The notes under the pieces: model-generated
What the model was told of the DNA's origin: nothing
Seen by the model: only the letters and a program-made list of their open reading frames with translations
Databases searched by the model: none
NCBI GenBank assembly: GCA_037441385.1
Contig: JBBISH010000137.1
Coordinates: forward strand, 1-15,569
Direction of reading: 5' to 3'
DNA: 15,569 nucleotides
Origin: Myxococcales bacterium
GTDB lineage: Bacteria; Myxococcota_A; UBA9042
Shown: piece by piece, positions 8,431 to 15,569 of the stretch
Layout of the letters: each line of letters starts with the position of its first letter
How positions within the stretch are numbered: the first letter of the stretch is position 1
Made by a program: the position numbers and the translations under genes

Positions 8431-8471
8431 TTGGCGAGGGAGGCTTGGCGAGGGCGGCTTGGCGAGGGCGC
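8431..8471 (+). repeat. Intergenic tandem repeat, ~3 x 14 bp TTGGCGAGGG[A/C]GGC
   Basis: Units start at 8431, 8445 and 8459; the third is incomplete. Confidence 0.9.
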
Positions 8472-8565
8472 GGAACCCATGGGGTAGCCACCGATGTTCT
8501 TTCTAATTCTAGGCGGTTGTGGGATCGGACCGAGAGCGCAGCGGCTCGAATCAGGTGGGGTGCAT

Positions 8566-9459
8566 ATGACCGGCTTGCAGCGTCGCGCGTTCTTGAGGCA
8601 GGCCCTGGTCCTGACTGCCGCGGCCGCGTCGACCCTGCCGGCCTGGCGCAGGGGCCTTGCCCAGCAAGAGCCAGAGTTCAAGGGGCCCACGTTCGCCTTT
8701 CCCCACCAGCCCGACTCCAAGCCCTTGCGCGAGCGGATCCCGCTGCCGGACCATCTGCGTCGTCTGGACCTGGAGCCCCGCTCGTTTGCGGCCTGGGTTC
8801 GCGAACTGCCCGTTAAACAAGAGAATCACGGCGTGTTCGATGCTTTTGGCAAGAAAGTGCTAGAGCCCGAGGCCGCGTATGCCATCGTGGACCTGGACGT
8901 CCGCCGATTCCAGGAGTGCGCCGACACGGCCGTGCGCCTGTGGGCCGAATACCTCTGGTCGCGAGGCGAGATCGGCAAGCTGCACCTGCGGCTAGAAAAT
9001 CGCAGCCCGAATCCCGTGGAACGCGAACTCAGCCAGGCGAATCGCCGGAGCTTGGACCGGTACCTGCACCATCAATACGTTTTTTCAAGTTCGCTGGTTC
9101 TCAAGCGCGACCTGCGGCCCGTGGAGCCGCCCGACGTCTTGCCCGGTGACGCGGTGGTGTTGCGGCCCGAAAGAGCCCCGCAAGGCCACGTGTTCATCGT
9201 GGGCGATGTCGCCGTGGACGCGGCCACTAGTCGCAAGAAGGTCGTGATTATCCAGAGCAATATTCCGGCGCAGAACCTGCACGTGGTGCCGAACCCTCCG
9301 CCGTACGTCGGTTGGGGAAGTGCCTACCGCGACGAGTTCACGCCGGCTGCCGGCAGCGTCGGTCCCCATCCACACGCCTGCTGGCACGACTGGCTGACAT
9401 TCTTTGCCCACACCAAGTACGACATGAACGGGCAGGGGGTGCTCCGGCGCTTTGGCTAA
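8566..9459 (+). CDS. Tat-exported DUF4846-like protein
   Basis: ATG 8566 follows AGGTGGGG. Twin-arginine signal QRRAFL with a hydrophobic stretch. Motifs SFAAWVRELPVK, QECADTAVRLWAEYL, PGD...GHVFIVGDVA and QSNIPAQNLHVVPNP match my recollection of DUF4846. Confidence 0.75.
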   Translation: MTGLQRRAFLRQALVLTAAAASTLPAWRRGLAQQEPEFKGPTFAFPHQPDSKPLRERIPLPDHLRRLDLEPRSFAAWVRELPVKQENHGVFDAFGKKVLEPEAAYAIVDLDVRRFQECADTAVRLWAEYLWSRGEIGKLHLRLENRSPNPVERELSQANRRSLDRYLHHQYVFSSSLVLKRDLRPVEPPDVLPGDAVVLRPERAPQGHVFIVGDVAVDAATSRKKVVIIQSNIPAQNLHVVPNPPPYVGWGSAYRDEFTPAAGSVGPHPHACWHDWLTFFAHTKYDMNGQGVLRRFG

Positions 9460-9519
9460 ATGCGGGGTAGAAAATGCCCCCCAAACCTTCTGCTGCGCCA
9501 ACCCCAAAGAAAGGCAACG

Positions 9520-9548
9520 TTGACGCGCGCCGGGCCGCGGCGTACGCT
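9520..9548 (+). promoter_or_regulatory. Putative sigma70-type promoter for the DUF2167/site-2 protease pair
   Basis: TTGACG (9520-9525), 17-bp spacer, TACGCT (9543-9548), about 125 bp upstream of ATG 9673. Confidence 0.6.
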
Positions 9549-9672
9549 CCATTCGCGAGACGCGACGGTTCGAGTCAGCCGGTACGGGAGCGCTTGCCGC
9601 GGTCGGTGGGCCGATGCCAGCGCCGCAGCGACCCGCCAGGTGCCTCCACCGCCCTCTCTCTGGGAGTCCTGC

Positions 9673-10614
9673 ATGTTCAAGTCCGTCCTCGTCGTCGTCT
9701 TGCTGCTTTCGTCCAGCCTGGCCTTGGCCGCGGACGAGCCCAAAAAGTTCTCCGAAGAGGAATTCTTGGCGTCCCTCCACTTCCAGGACGGCAAGATTGC
9801 GCTTCCCGGCAACATGGCCACGCTGGACCTGTCGCGCGAGTTCCACTACCTGCCGCCGGACGACGCCGAGCGCGTCTTGGTGACAGGCTGGGGCAATCCG
9901 CCGGGAACCAAGTCGCTGGGCCTGATCGTCCCTGCCGCGGTCAGCTTGCTGGACGATGCCGGCTGGGCCGTGGTGGTCACCTACGACAAGGACGGCCACG
10001 TCAACGACGACGACGCCAGCAAGATCGACTTTGACGATCTGCTCAAAGAAATGCAGGAGGGCGTCGTCAAAGCGAACGAGGAGCGCAAAAAACAGGGGTA
10101 TCCGGCTATGCAGTTGGTGGGTTGGGCCGAGCGGCCGAGCTATTCGGCCGAGACCCACAAGCTGTACTGGGCCAAAGAACTGCAAACCAGCGCCCCCGAG
10201 CACACGCTCAACTACAACGTCCGCGTCCTGGGCCGCGAAGGCGTGTTGGTGCTCAACGCCGTGGCCGGCATGAGTCAGATTGGCACCGTTCGCGAAGAGA
10301 TGAAGAAGGTGACGGCGTTCACCGAGTTCACGGCCGGCAACCGCTACACCGACTTCAACGCCAGCACCGACAAGACCGCCGAGTACGGCATCGCCGCGCT
10401 CGTCGCCGGCGGCGTGGCGGCCAAGCTGGGTCTGTTCGGCAAGCTTTTTGCGGTGTTACTCGCGTTCAAGAAGCTCTTCGTCTTGGGGGTTCTGGCGGCG
10501 GCCGGCTATGTCGCCAAGCTCTTTGGCGGGCGCGGCAAAGAGGTGCCCAAGACCGACGCGCCCACGGTTGGCGAGGCCAAGGTTGACGAGCTCAAGGTCG
10601 GCGAAGACCAGTAG
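9673..10614 (+). CDS. DUF2167-family membrane-anchored periplasmic protein
   Basis: ATG 9673 follows GGGAG. Sec signal ends in ALA. Motifs WGNPP, GHVNDDDASKIDFDDLL, GWAERPSY, KLYWAKEL, LNYNVRVLGREGVLVLNAV, GNRYTDF and AEYGIAALVAGG, then a C-terminal hydrophobic/amphipathic segment. Confidence 0.9.
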   Translation: MFKSVLVVVLLLSSSLALAADEPKKFSEEEFLASLHFQDGKIALPGNMATLDLSREFHYLPPDDAERVLVTGWGNPPGTKSLGLIVPAAVSLLDDAGWAVVVTYDKDGHVNDDDASKIDFDDLLKEMQEGVVKANEERKKQGYPAMQLVGWAERPSYSAETHKLYWAKELQTSAPEHTLNYNVRVLGREGVLVLNAVAGMSQIGTVREEMKKVTAFTEFTAGNRYTDFNASTDKTAEYGIAALVAGGVAAKLGLFGKLFAVLLAFKKLFVLGVLAAAGYVAKLFGGRGKEVPKTDAPTVGEAKVDELKVGEDQ

Positions 10615-10682
10615 TACAGGAACGATCTGGATCGGACCGAAAACTCCGGCAATTCTTCGGGACCGAATCGGGGTGGGAACAA

Positions 10683-11393
10683 GTGGGCAAACTCCTGGTC
10701 GGGCTGTTCGTCGCGGGCAAGCTGGGCAAGCTGCTGCTGTCCGGCGGCTCGATGTTGGTATCCGTCTTTGCGTATTCGCTGGTCTTTGGCTGGCGCTACG
10801 CCGTCGGTTTCGTGCTGCTGATCTTCTGCCACGAGATGGGGCACTTCGTCGCGGCCCGGCAGCGCGGTCTAGACGTAGGCTTGCCCACCTTCATTCCCTT
10901 TGTGGGGGCGTGGATCGAGCTGAAACAGCTGCCGCACAACGTTGAGACAGAGGCCTACGTTGGCATCGCGGGGCCGGTCGCTGGTGCCGCCGCCTCGATG
11001 CTCTGCTATTTCGCCGCGCGGCAGACCGATTCCAGCCTGCTGCTGGCGCTGTGCCAGGCGGGCTGCATTCTGAACCTGTTCAACCTGATCCCGCTGTCGC
11101 CCTTTGACGGTGGGCGGATCACGGCCATTCTCTCGCCCAAGATTTGGCTGCTCGGCGCGCCGCTCTTGGTGGGTCTGTTTCTGTGGCGGCCCAGTCCGAT
11201 GCTGATCATGGTGGGTATCTTGGCCTACCCGCAGTTGAAGAAGGCGATCTGGGGCGACCCCAAGCTGCCGCAGGGCTACCACGACGTGGCCATGGAAACC
11301 CGCGTCAACTACGGCGCCATGTACATCGGCCTGGTAGCGTTCTTGGCCACGATGAGCTATTCCCTCCACGAGACCCTGGCGGGCCGCGGCTAG
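10683..11393 (+). CDS. Site-2 protease family (peptidase M50) intramembrane zinc metalloprotease
   Basis: HEMGH (10830-10844), AGP, and NLIPLSPFDG (11082-11111) in a multi-TM protein with a GTG start. No PDZ or CBS domain is apparent. Confidence 0.92.
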   Translation: MGKLLVGLFVAGKLGKLLLSGGSMLVSVFAYSLVFGWRYAVGFVLLIFCHEMGHFVAARQRGLDVGLPTFIPFVGAWIELKQLPHNVETEAYVGIAGPVAGAAASMLCYFAARQTDSSLLLALCQAGCILNLFNLIPLSPFDGGRITAILSPKIWLLGAPLLVGLFLWRPSPMLIMVGILAYPQLKKAIWGDPKLPQGYHDVAMETRVNYGAMYIGLVAFLATMSYSLHETLAGRG

Positions 11394-11633
11394 TGTCGCA
11401 ACAACCGGCCGGGGAGGCTCGGATAGCCGTGGCCACGGCCCGTGCTGCCGCCGCAGCGTCTGGAGACGCCACCAATCGCGGCTGATTCGTTCAGCAATTG
11501 CCCGTTGCGGGCCCGTCCCCAGCCCCAACTGGGGCGCCGGTGACAGCCCGCAGCGACGCGCTGCGCCGAATTCGGAGGCGCGGATTTCCAGAGAAGCGGT
11601 AGACTGATCCAGCCTCAAGAAGGACCCGCAGCC

Positions 11634-12476
11634 ATGGACACACAGCCAGACACACAGCCAGATACGCAGCCAGACACACAGCCAGATACACTGCCAGACC
11701 CGCTCCTTGACCCGGAACAACCGACCGCCGCCGCCGATTTGTTGCCGCAGCTGGGGGAAAGCCGACTGGTGCAGGTTTTCTTTGGTCCCCCGGTCCCTGG
11801 GCTCGACAAGGCGCGCATCTTCTTGCGGTGTGTGGCGATCCTGCTGCCGCTGGACATCGCAACCAAGCTCCTGGCGCTGGCGCTCCTGCCGGCCGACGGG
11901 CGCGAAGTGCCGCTTTTTGGCAACAATGTATTTTCGCTCATGATCAATGACCAGTTCATTGCCAAGAGCCAAGCCGATGCGCTGCGGGCCGCGGGATGGG
12001 ACCACTCGATGACCTTTGTCTACGCCTTGGCCCTGGCGACCGGCTGGGCGCTCATCCTGCCGTTCGCCTCGTGGCGGTGGTCCTTGAAGAGGCGTTTTGG
12101 CCTGCCACTCTTGGTCGTCCTGACGGCGCCGATCGCCGTGCGGCTGACCGAAGACTACGCCGTGGTGAGCAGTTCGCTACCGGTCGTATGCATGCGGGTG
12201 GCCGCTACAACCATCGCGTGCCTGTTGCTGGTTCGCCTGGTCGCAGACGTCACCCTATTCTGGATGCTGGCCATTGCAGAGACCGCCAACCTCGCCAACC
12301 TCGCCAACTGGCTGTGGTATCCAGCAGGCATCGTCGATTTCCTCTACTTTCCAGCCCGGCACAAGTACGTTTTCAATCTGCCCGACTTCGTGCTGCGCCT
12401 GGCGCCCGCGCTGTTGACCTTTGGCCTGGTGGTCGCAACGTGGCGCAGAGTCCGCCGACCCGCGCCGGAGGGGTAG
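11634..12476 (+). CDS. Divergent, enlarged signal peptidase II (LspA, peptidase A8)-like membrane protein
   Basis: ATG follows AAGAAGGA. LspA-like motifs occur in the expected order: LDIATK (11853), IVDF (Asp 12336) and VFNLPD (Asp 12384), then a final TM helix and basic tail. GNxxDR is replaced by ANLANW. 280 aa versus ~150-170 aa for typical LspA. Confidence 0.65.
   Translation: MDTQPDTQPDTQPDTQPDTLPDPLLDPEQPTAAADLLPQLGESRLVQVFFGPPVPGLDKARIFLRCVAILLPLDIATKLLALALLPADGREVPLFGNNVFSLMINDQFIAKSQADALRAAGWDHSMTFVYALALATGWALILPFASWRWSLKRRFGLPLLVVLTAPIAVRLTEDYAVVSSSLPVVCMRVAATTIACLLLVRLVADVTLFWMLAIAETANLANLANWLWYPAGIVDFLYFPARHKYVFNLPDFVLRLAPALLTFGLVVATWRRVRRPAPEG
11637..11699 (+). repeat. Coding tandem repeat, ~5 x 12 bp GACACACAGCCA, encoding (DTQP)4-DTLP-D
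   Basis: Units start at 11637, 11649, 11661, 11673 and 11685, immediately after the start codon. Confidence 0.95.
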
Positions 12477-12735
12477 GCGGCAATTTCTGCTACTTGGAAT
12501 TCTTGAAGAACGGTTGCTCGCGTCCGCGATGCCGGCCACGTGGCGACCATCGTGCGCAACCGCTGTCGGGCCAAGGGCGGCGACGAGACGTTTGACCTGG
12601 ATACGGAGACCCGGTCTGCAACCGGAGAAAATCACGCAGGTGCTCCCGTTCGGGCCCAAAGAATTGCTGGTGTTTTTGAGCCGACTGGCGCGGGATCCGT
12701 ATCACAAGAACCCCGTGTGCCTGCCGCGCGGCCCA
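12477..12735 (+). pseudogene. Possible frameshifted gene remnant
   Basis: Three consecutive GC3-rich segments, each shifted +1: NFCYLEFLKNG / DAGHVATIVRNRCRAKGGDETFDLD / LQPEKITQVLPFGPKELLVFLSRLARDPYHKNPVCLP. No start codon identified and no family recognised. Confidence 0.3.
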
Positions 12736-12789
12736 CCAAGAACTCGGCCAGCAATGGCCGTTTGGGTTGGGGCGGCGCGGCTCGGGCGG

Positions 12790-15567
12790 CTACTTGCACA
12801 CGCCAGCTTGGCAAGTCAGACCCGTGCCACAGCCCAGCCCGTCGACGGCGTTGGTGTACACGCACCCCAACGTCTTGTCGCACGTTTCAAAGGTGCACGG
12901 ATTCTTGTCGTCGCAGTACACCTTTGCGCCGCTGCCGCACACGGAGCTGCTGGAGCACACTTCGCCCGTCGTGCACGCATCGCCGTCGTTGCAGCCGATG
13001 ACCTTCTGCGCCTGGTTGACGCATGCGCTGTTGAAACACAGGCTTGCCGTGCACGGGTCGCTGTCGGCGCACGACCCGATGACCGCCGGGATGCATTTGC
13101 CAGCCGCAACGCACGAGGCGGCGCCCCCTTCGGTGACCCGCAGCGCAAAGAAGTCGGCCGTGCCGTTGCTGGCCATGTGGTAGCCGGCGGCCGTGAGCCG
13201 CCCGCTCGCGGCGTTGCGCATCAGGGCGACCATGCCGTCGTCCAGGTCGCTAATGCCGTAGTCGCTGGTCCAGAACTGGTCGCCGTCGGCATCCAGTGCC
13301 AACAGCCAGGCGTTGGTCTTGCTGCTGTTGCCGGCCTCGGCGCGGCGCCCGGCAAAGAACAGCGCGCCGTCCGGAGCCGCCACCACCGCACGCAGGTCGT
13401 TGGTGGTCCCGCCCGCGATGATCTTTTGCCAAATCAAGGTACCGTCGGCGGTGGTGCGGACGATGTAGGCCTCGGGCACGTTCGACGCCGTGGTGCGGGT
13501 TCCCGCGGCTACCAGACTGCCGTCGGCCAGGCGTGCCACGGCGTGGAAAACCTCGTTGGCCGTGTCGCCAAAGCGCTTGCGCACCTCGCCGCTGAGGTCG
13601 GGCTTTACAAACGTCAAGGTCGCATCGTCGCCACCGCCGCCGCCGGCTTCGTTGGTGCGACCGGCCACGACGACCGAGCCGTCCAGGCCCAGCACGGCGG
13701 CCCGCGGTTCGTTGGTGAGCGTGTTGTACTGGTCGGGGTGTAGGTAGGCCAGCGGCACGCTGCCGTCCGGTTCCACGTTGGCCACCACCAGACGGAAGCT
13801 GTACTCGTCGCGCAAGATCACCGCCGTCAGCACGGTCTTGCCGGCCACCGTTCGCTCGATCAGGGCCACCGGCGTCTGTACACCATTGGACCCGGTGGCG
13901 CAGGGGCCGTAGGCAATCTTGACCACGGGCCCAAAGTTGCCGGCGCTGTCGACCGACGACAGTTGCCCGCACTGGGCCAAGACCCCAGCCACCGCAAGTG
14001 TGCCGTCGGCCCGGCGCAGACTGGCCGTCAAGTTCGCGCCGCCAAGTGACATGGGCCCGATCTTGGTCCAGGCGCGCGCGCCCAGGGCGGTCACTCGGCT
14101 GGTGGCTGCGTACGACGTGTAGTAGGGCGACACGGCGTAAGAGCCCACGGCGATGAAGGAGTCATCGTCGAGCGCCATAGCACTGGTCCACACTTCTTTG
14201 ACGCCTGCCGTGCTCGTGTCGTCGGTGATGTACTTGCTCCAGACGCGGTCCACGCCGCTGCCGACACAGCTGCCGTTTTGGCACGCGTCGCCTACCGAGC
14301 AACCGCCCACGTCGCACGGCGCCTTGTTGGTCTTGGTGCCGCAGCCGGCCGCCGAGTCGCAAAAGTCGTCGGTGCAGACGTTGCCGTCGTCGCACACGAC
14401 CAGCGCACCGCCGGTGCAGACGCCGTTCTTGCATGCGTCGCTGCCGGTGCACGCGTTGCCGTCGTTGCAACTGCCTGCAAGGGCTGCGAACTTGCAGGTC
14501 CCCGTAGTGAAGTCGCAGCCATCGGCGGTGCACGGGTTCTTGTCGTCGCATTGCAGCGTGCCCGTGCACTTGCCCTTGCTGCAGGTGTCGCCCACCGTGC
14601 AGCCAACATTGTCGTTGCATGGTGCGCTGTTGTCGGTGTTCAGGCAGCCCTGTTTGGCGTCGCACGTGTCGTCGGTGCACAGGTTGCCGTCGTCGCAGTT
14701 GAGGCTGCCAAGGCCCTGGCATGTGGCGTTCTTGCAGCCGTCGCCGGTGGTGCACGGGTTGCCGTCGCTGCAGCTCGCGGCGTTGTTGGCGTGGCCGCAG
14801 CCCAGGACTGGGTGGCACAGGTCGTCAGTACACGCGTTCTTGTCGTCGCAACTGGCGCTGATGTCGGTGTTTTGGCACTGGCCGGTGGCGCTGAGGCACG
14901 CGTCCTGGGTGCACACGTTGGCGTCGTCGCACGTCTTGGCCTTGCCGGGGGCACAGCTGCCGCCGCTGCACAGGTCGCCCACGGTGCACGGATTGCCGTC
15001 GCTGCAGCCGGCCTGGTTGGCGCCAGCGGTGCAGCCGGTCTTGGGGTCGCAGCTATCGTCGGTGCACGGATTGCCGTCGTCGCACACTACCTTGATCCCT
15101 TTGCAGATTCCGCCGCTGCAGCTATCGGCCTGGGTGCAGGCGCTGCCGTCGCCGCAGGTCGCGGCGTTGGCGACGTGGACGCAGCCAGCGCCGGCGTCGC
15201 AACTGTCGTCGCTGCAGACGTTGTTGTCATCGCAGTTCTGGGGCGCACCCCCGCTGCAACTGCCTGATTTGCATGAATCATTGCTCGTGCACGCGTTGCC
15301 GTCGCTGCACGGCGCTGCGTTGGCGCTGTGGCTGCAACTGCCCGAGCTGCAGCTGTCGTCGGTGCACGGGTTGTTGTCGCTGCACGCCCCCAAAAGGCCA
15401 AGGCAGACCCCGCCGTTGCAGGTGTCTTTGACCGTGCAGGTGTTGCCGTCGTCGCAGCTTGCGGTGTTTGCCGCGCTGGTGCAGCCGGTCTTGGGGTCGC
15501 AGGCGTCTTCTGTGCAGGGGTTGCCGTCGTTGCATACCAGCGTGACTCCGCTGCACTTTCCGCCGGC
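12790..15567 (-). CDS. Giant Cys-rich repeat protein with a probable beta-propeller; paralog of 848-6562 (5'-partial, runs off the window)
   Basis: The frame stays open upstream of the called TTG 15393 up to the window edge (AGGKCSGVTLVCNDGNPCTEDACDPKTGC...). Same CTxDxC array, a Cys-poor propeller-like region (~13130-14250; EAYIVRTTADGTLIWQK, NAWLLALDADGDQFWT) and the tail CGTGLTCQAGVCK. Confidence 0.92.
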   Translation of the reverse strand, partial: AGGKCSGVTLVCNDGNPCTEDACDPKTGCTSAANTASCDDGNTCTVKDTCNGGVCLGLLGACSDNNPCTDDSCSSGSCSHSANAAPCSDGNACTSNDSCKSGSCSGGAPQNCDDNNVCSDDSCDAGAGCVHVANAATCGDGSACTQADSCSGGICKGIKVVCDDGNPCTDDSCDPKTGCTAGANQAGCSDGNPCTVGDLCSGGSCAPGKAKTCDDANVCTQDACLSATGQCQNTDISASCDDKNACTDDLCHPVLGCGHANNAASCSDGNPCTTGDGCKNATCQGLGSLNCDDGNLCTDDTCDAKQGCLNTDNSAPCNDNVGCTVGDTCSKGKCTGTLQCDDKNPCTADGCDFTTGTCKFAALAGSCNDGNACTGSDACKNGVCTGGALVVCDDGNVCTDDFCDSAAGCGTKTNKAPCDVGGCSVGDACQNGSCVGSGVDRVWSKYITDDTSTAGVKEVWTSAMALDDDSFIAVGSYAVSPYYTSYAATSRVTALGARAWTKIGPMSLGGANLTASLRRADGTLAVAGVLAQCGQLSSVDSAGNFGPVVKIAYGPCATGSNGVQTPVALIERTVAGKTVLTAVILRDEYSFRLVVANVEPDGSVPLAYLHPDQYNTLTNEPRAAVLGLDGSVVVAGRTNEAGGGGGDDATLTFVKPDLSGEVRKRFGDTANEVFHAVARLADGSLVAAGTRTTASNVPEAYIVRTTADGTLIWQKIIAGGTTNDLRAVVAAPDGALFFAGRRAEAGNSSKTNAWLLALDADGDQFWTSDYGISDLDDGMVALMRNAASGRLTAAGYHMASNGTADFFALRVTEGGAASCVAAGKCIPAVIGSCADSDPCTASLCFNSACVNQAQKVIGCNDGDACTTGEVCSSSSVCGSGAKVYCDDKNPCTFETCDKTLGCVYTNAVDGLGCGTGLTCQAGVCK

Positions 15568-15569
15568 AC

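Noticed and set aside
9555..9672. tRNA-like GGTTCGAGTC (9568-9577) and a SAM-I-like GGCCGATG...AGGTGCC stretch in the DUF2167 leader
   Set aside because: No cloverleaf can be built, and the SAM-I core elements (ATC..GAG, GAGGGA) are absent.
9085..12005. Minus-strand ORFs 9085-10203 and 10869-12005
   Set aside because: They lie antisense to well-supported DUF4846-like, DUF2167, M50 and LspA-like genes.
5060..14250. Diversity-generating retroelement or invertible cassette behind the head variation
   Set aside because: No reverse transcriptase or recombinase is present, no near-identical template/variable repeat pair was seen, and the two paralogs are too diverged at DNA level to act as clean inversion repeats.
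12421..15267. Plus-strand ORFs 12421-13743 and 14278-15267
   Set aside because: Mostly antisense shadows of the minus-strand Cys-rich gene, with no recognisable motifs.
15391..15393. TTG 15393 as the start of the minus-strand giant
   Set aside because: The frame remains open with Cys repeats up to the window edge and there is no signal peptide here, so the true start lies outside the window.

Overview
GC-rich bacterial DNA, probably Myxococcota/Deltaproteobacteria (inferred from a MYXO-CTERM-like tail and the style of the Cys-rich lipoproteins). Every intact gene encodes a cell-envelope protein. Two convergent, paralogous giant Cys-rich repeat proteins bracket the locus: a ~1900-aa predicted lipoprotein on + (ends 6562) and a 5'-truncated paralog on - (12790 to the window edge). 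Each has CDDGNPCTxDxC repeats and an inserted probable beta-propeller near the C-terminus. Between them lie five + strand genes: a Cys-rich protein with a MYXO-CTERM-like tail, a Tat-exported DUF4846-like protein with a Cys/His pair, a DUF2167-like protein, a site-2 (M50) protease and an enlarged, divergent signal peptidase II (LspA)-like protein. The most notable signals are (i) repeat-by-repeat collinear stalks carrying strongly diverged propeller heads and (ii) the atypical LspA-like peptidase next to these lipoprotein-type genes. The non-coding DNA holds two sigma70-like promoters, short tandem repeats, a structured MITE-like element, a lone IS-like end and two probable frameshifted gene remnants. 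Family names come from motif recognition by eye; no database search was run.
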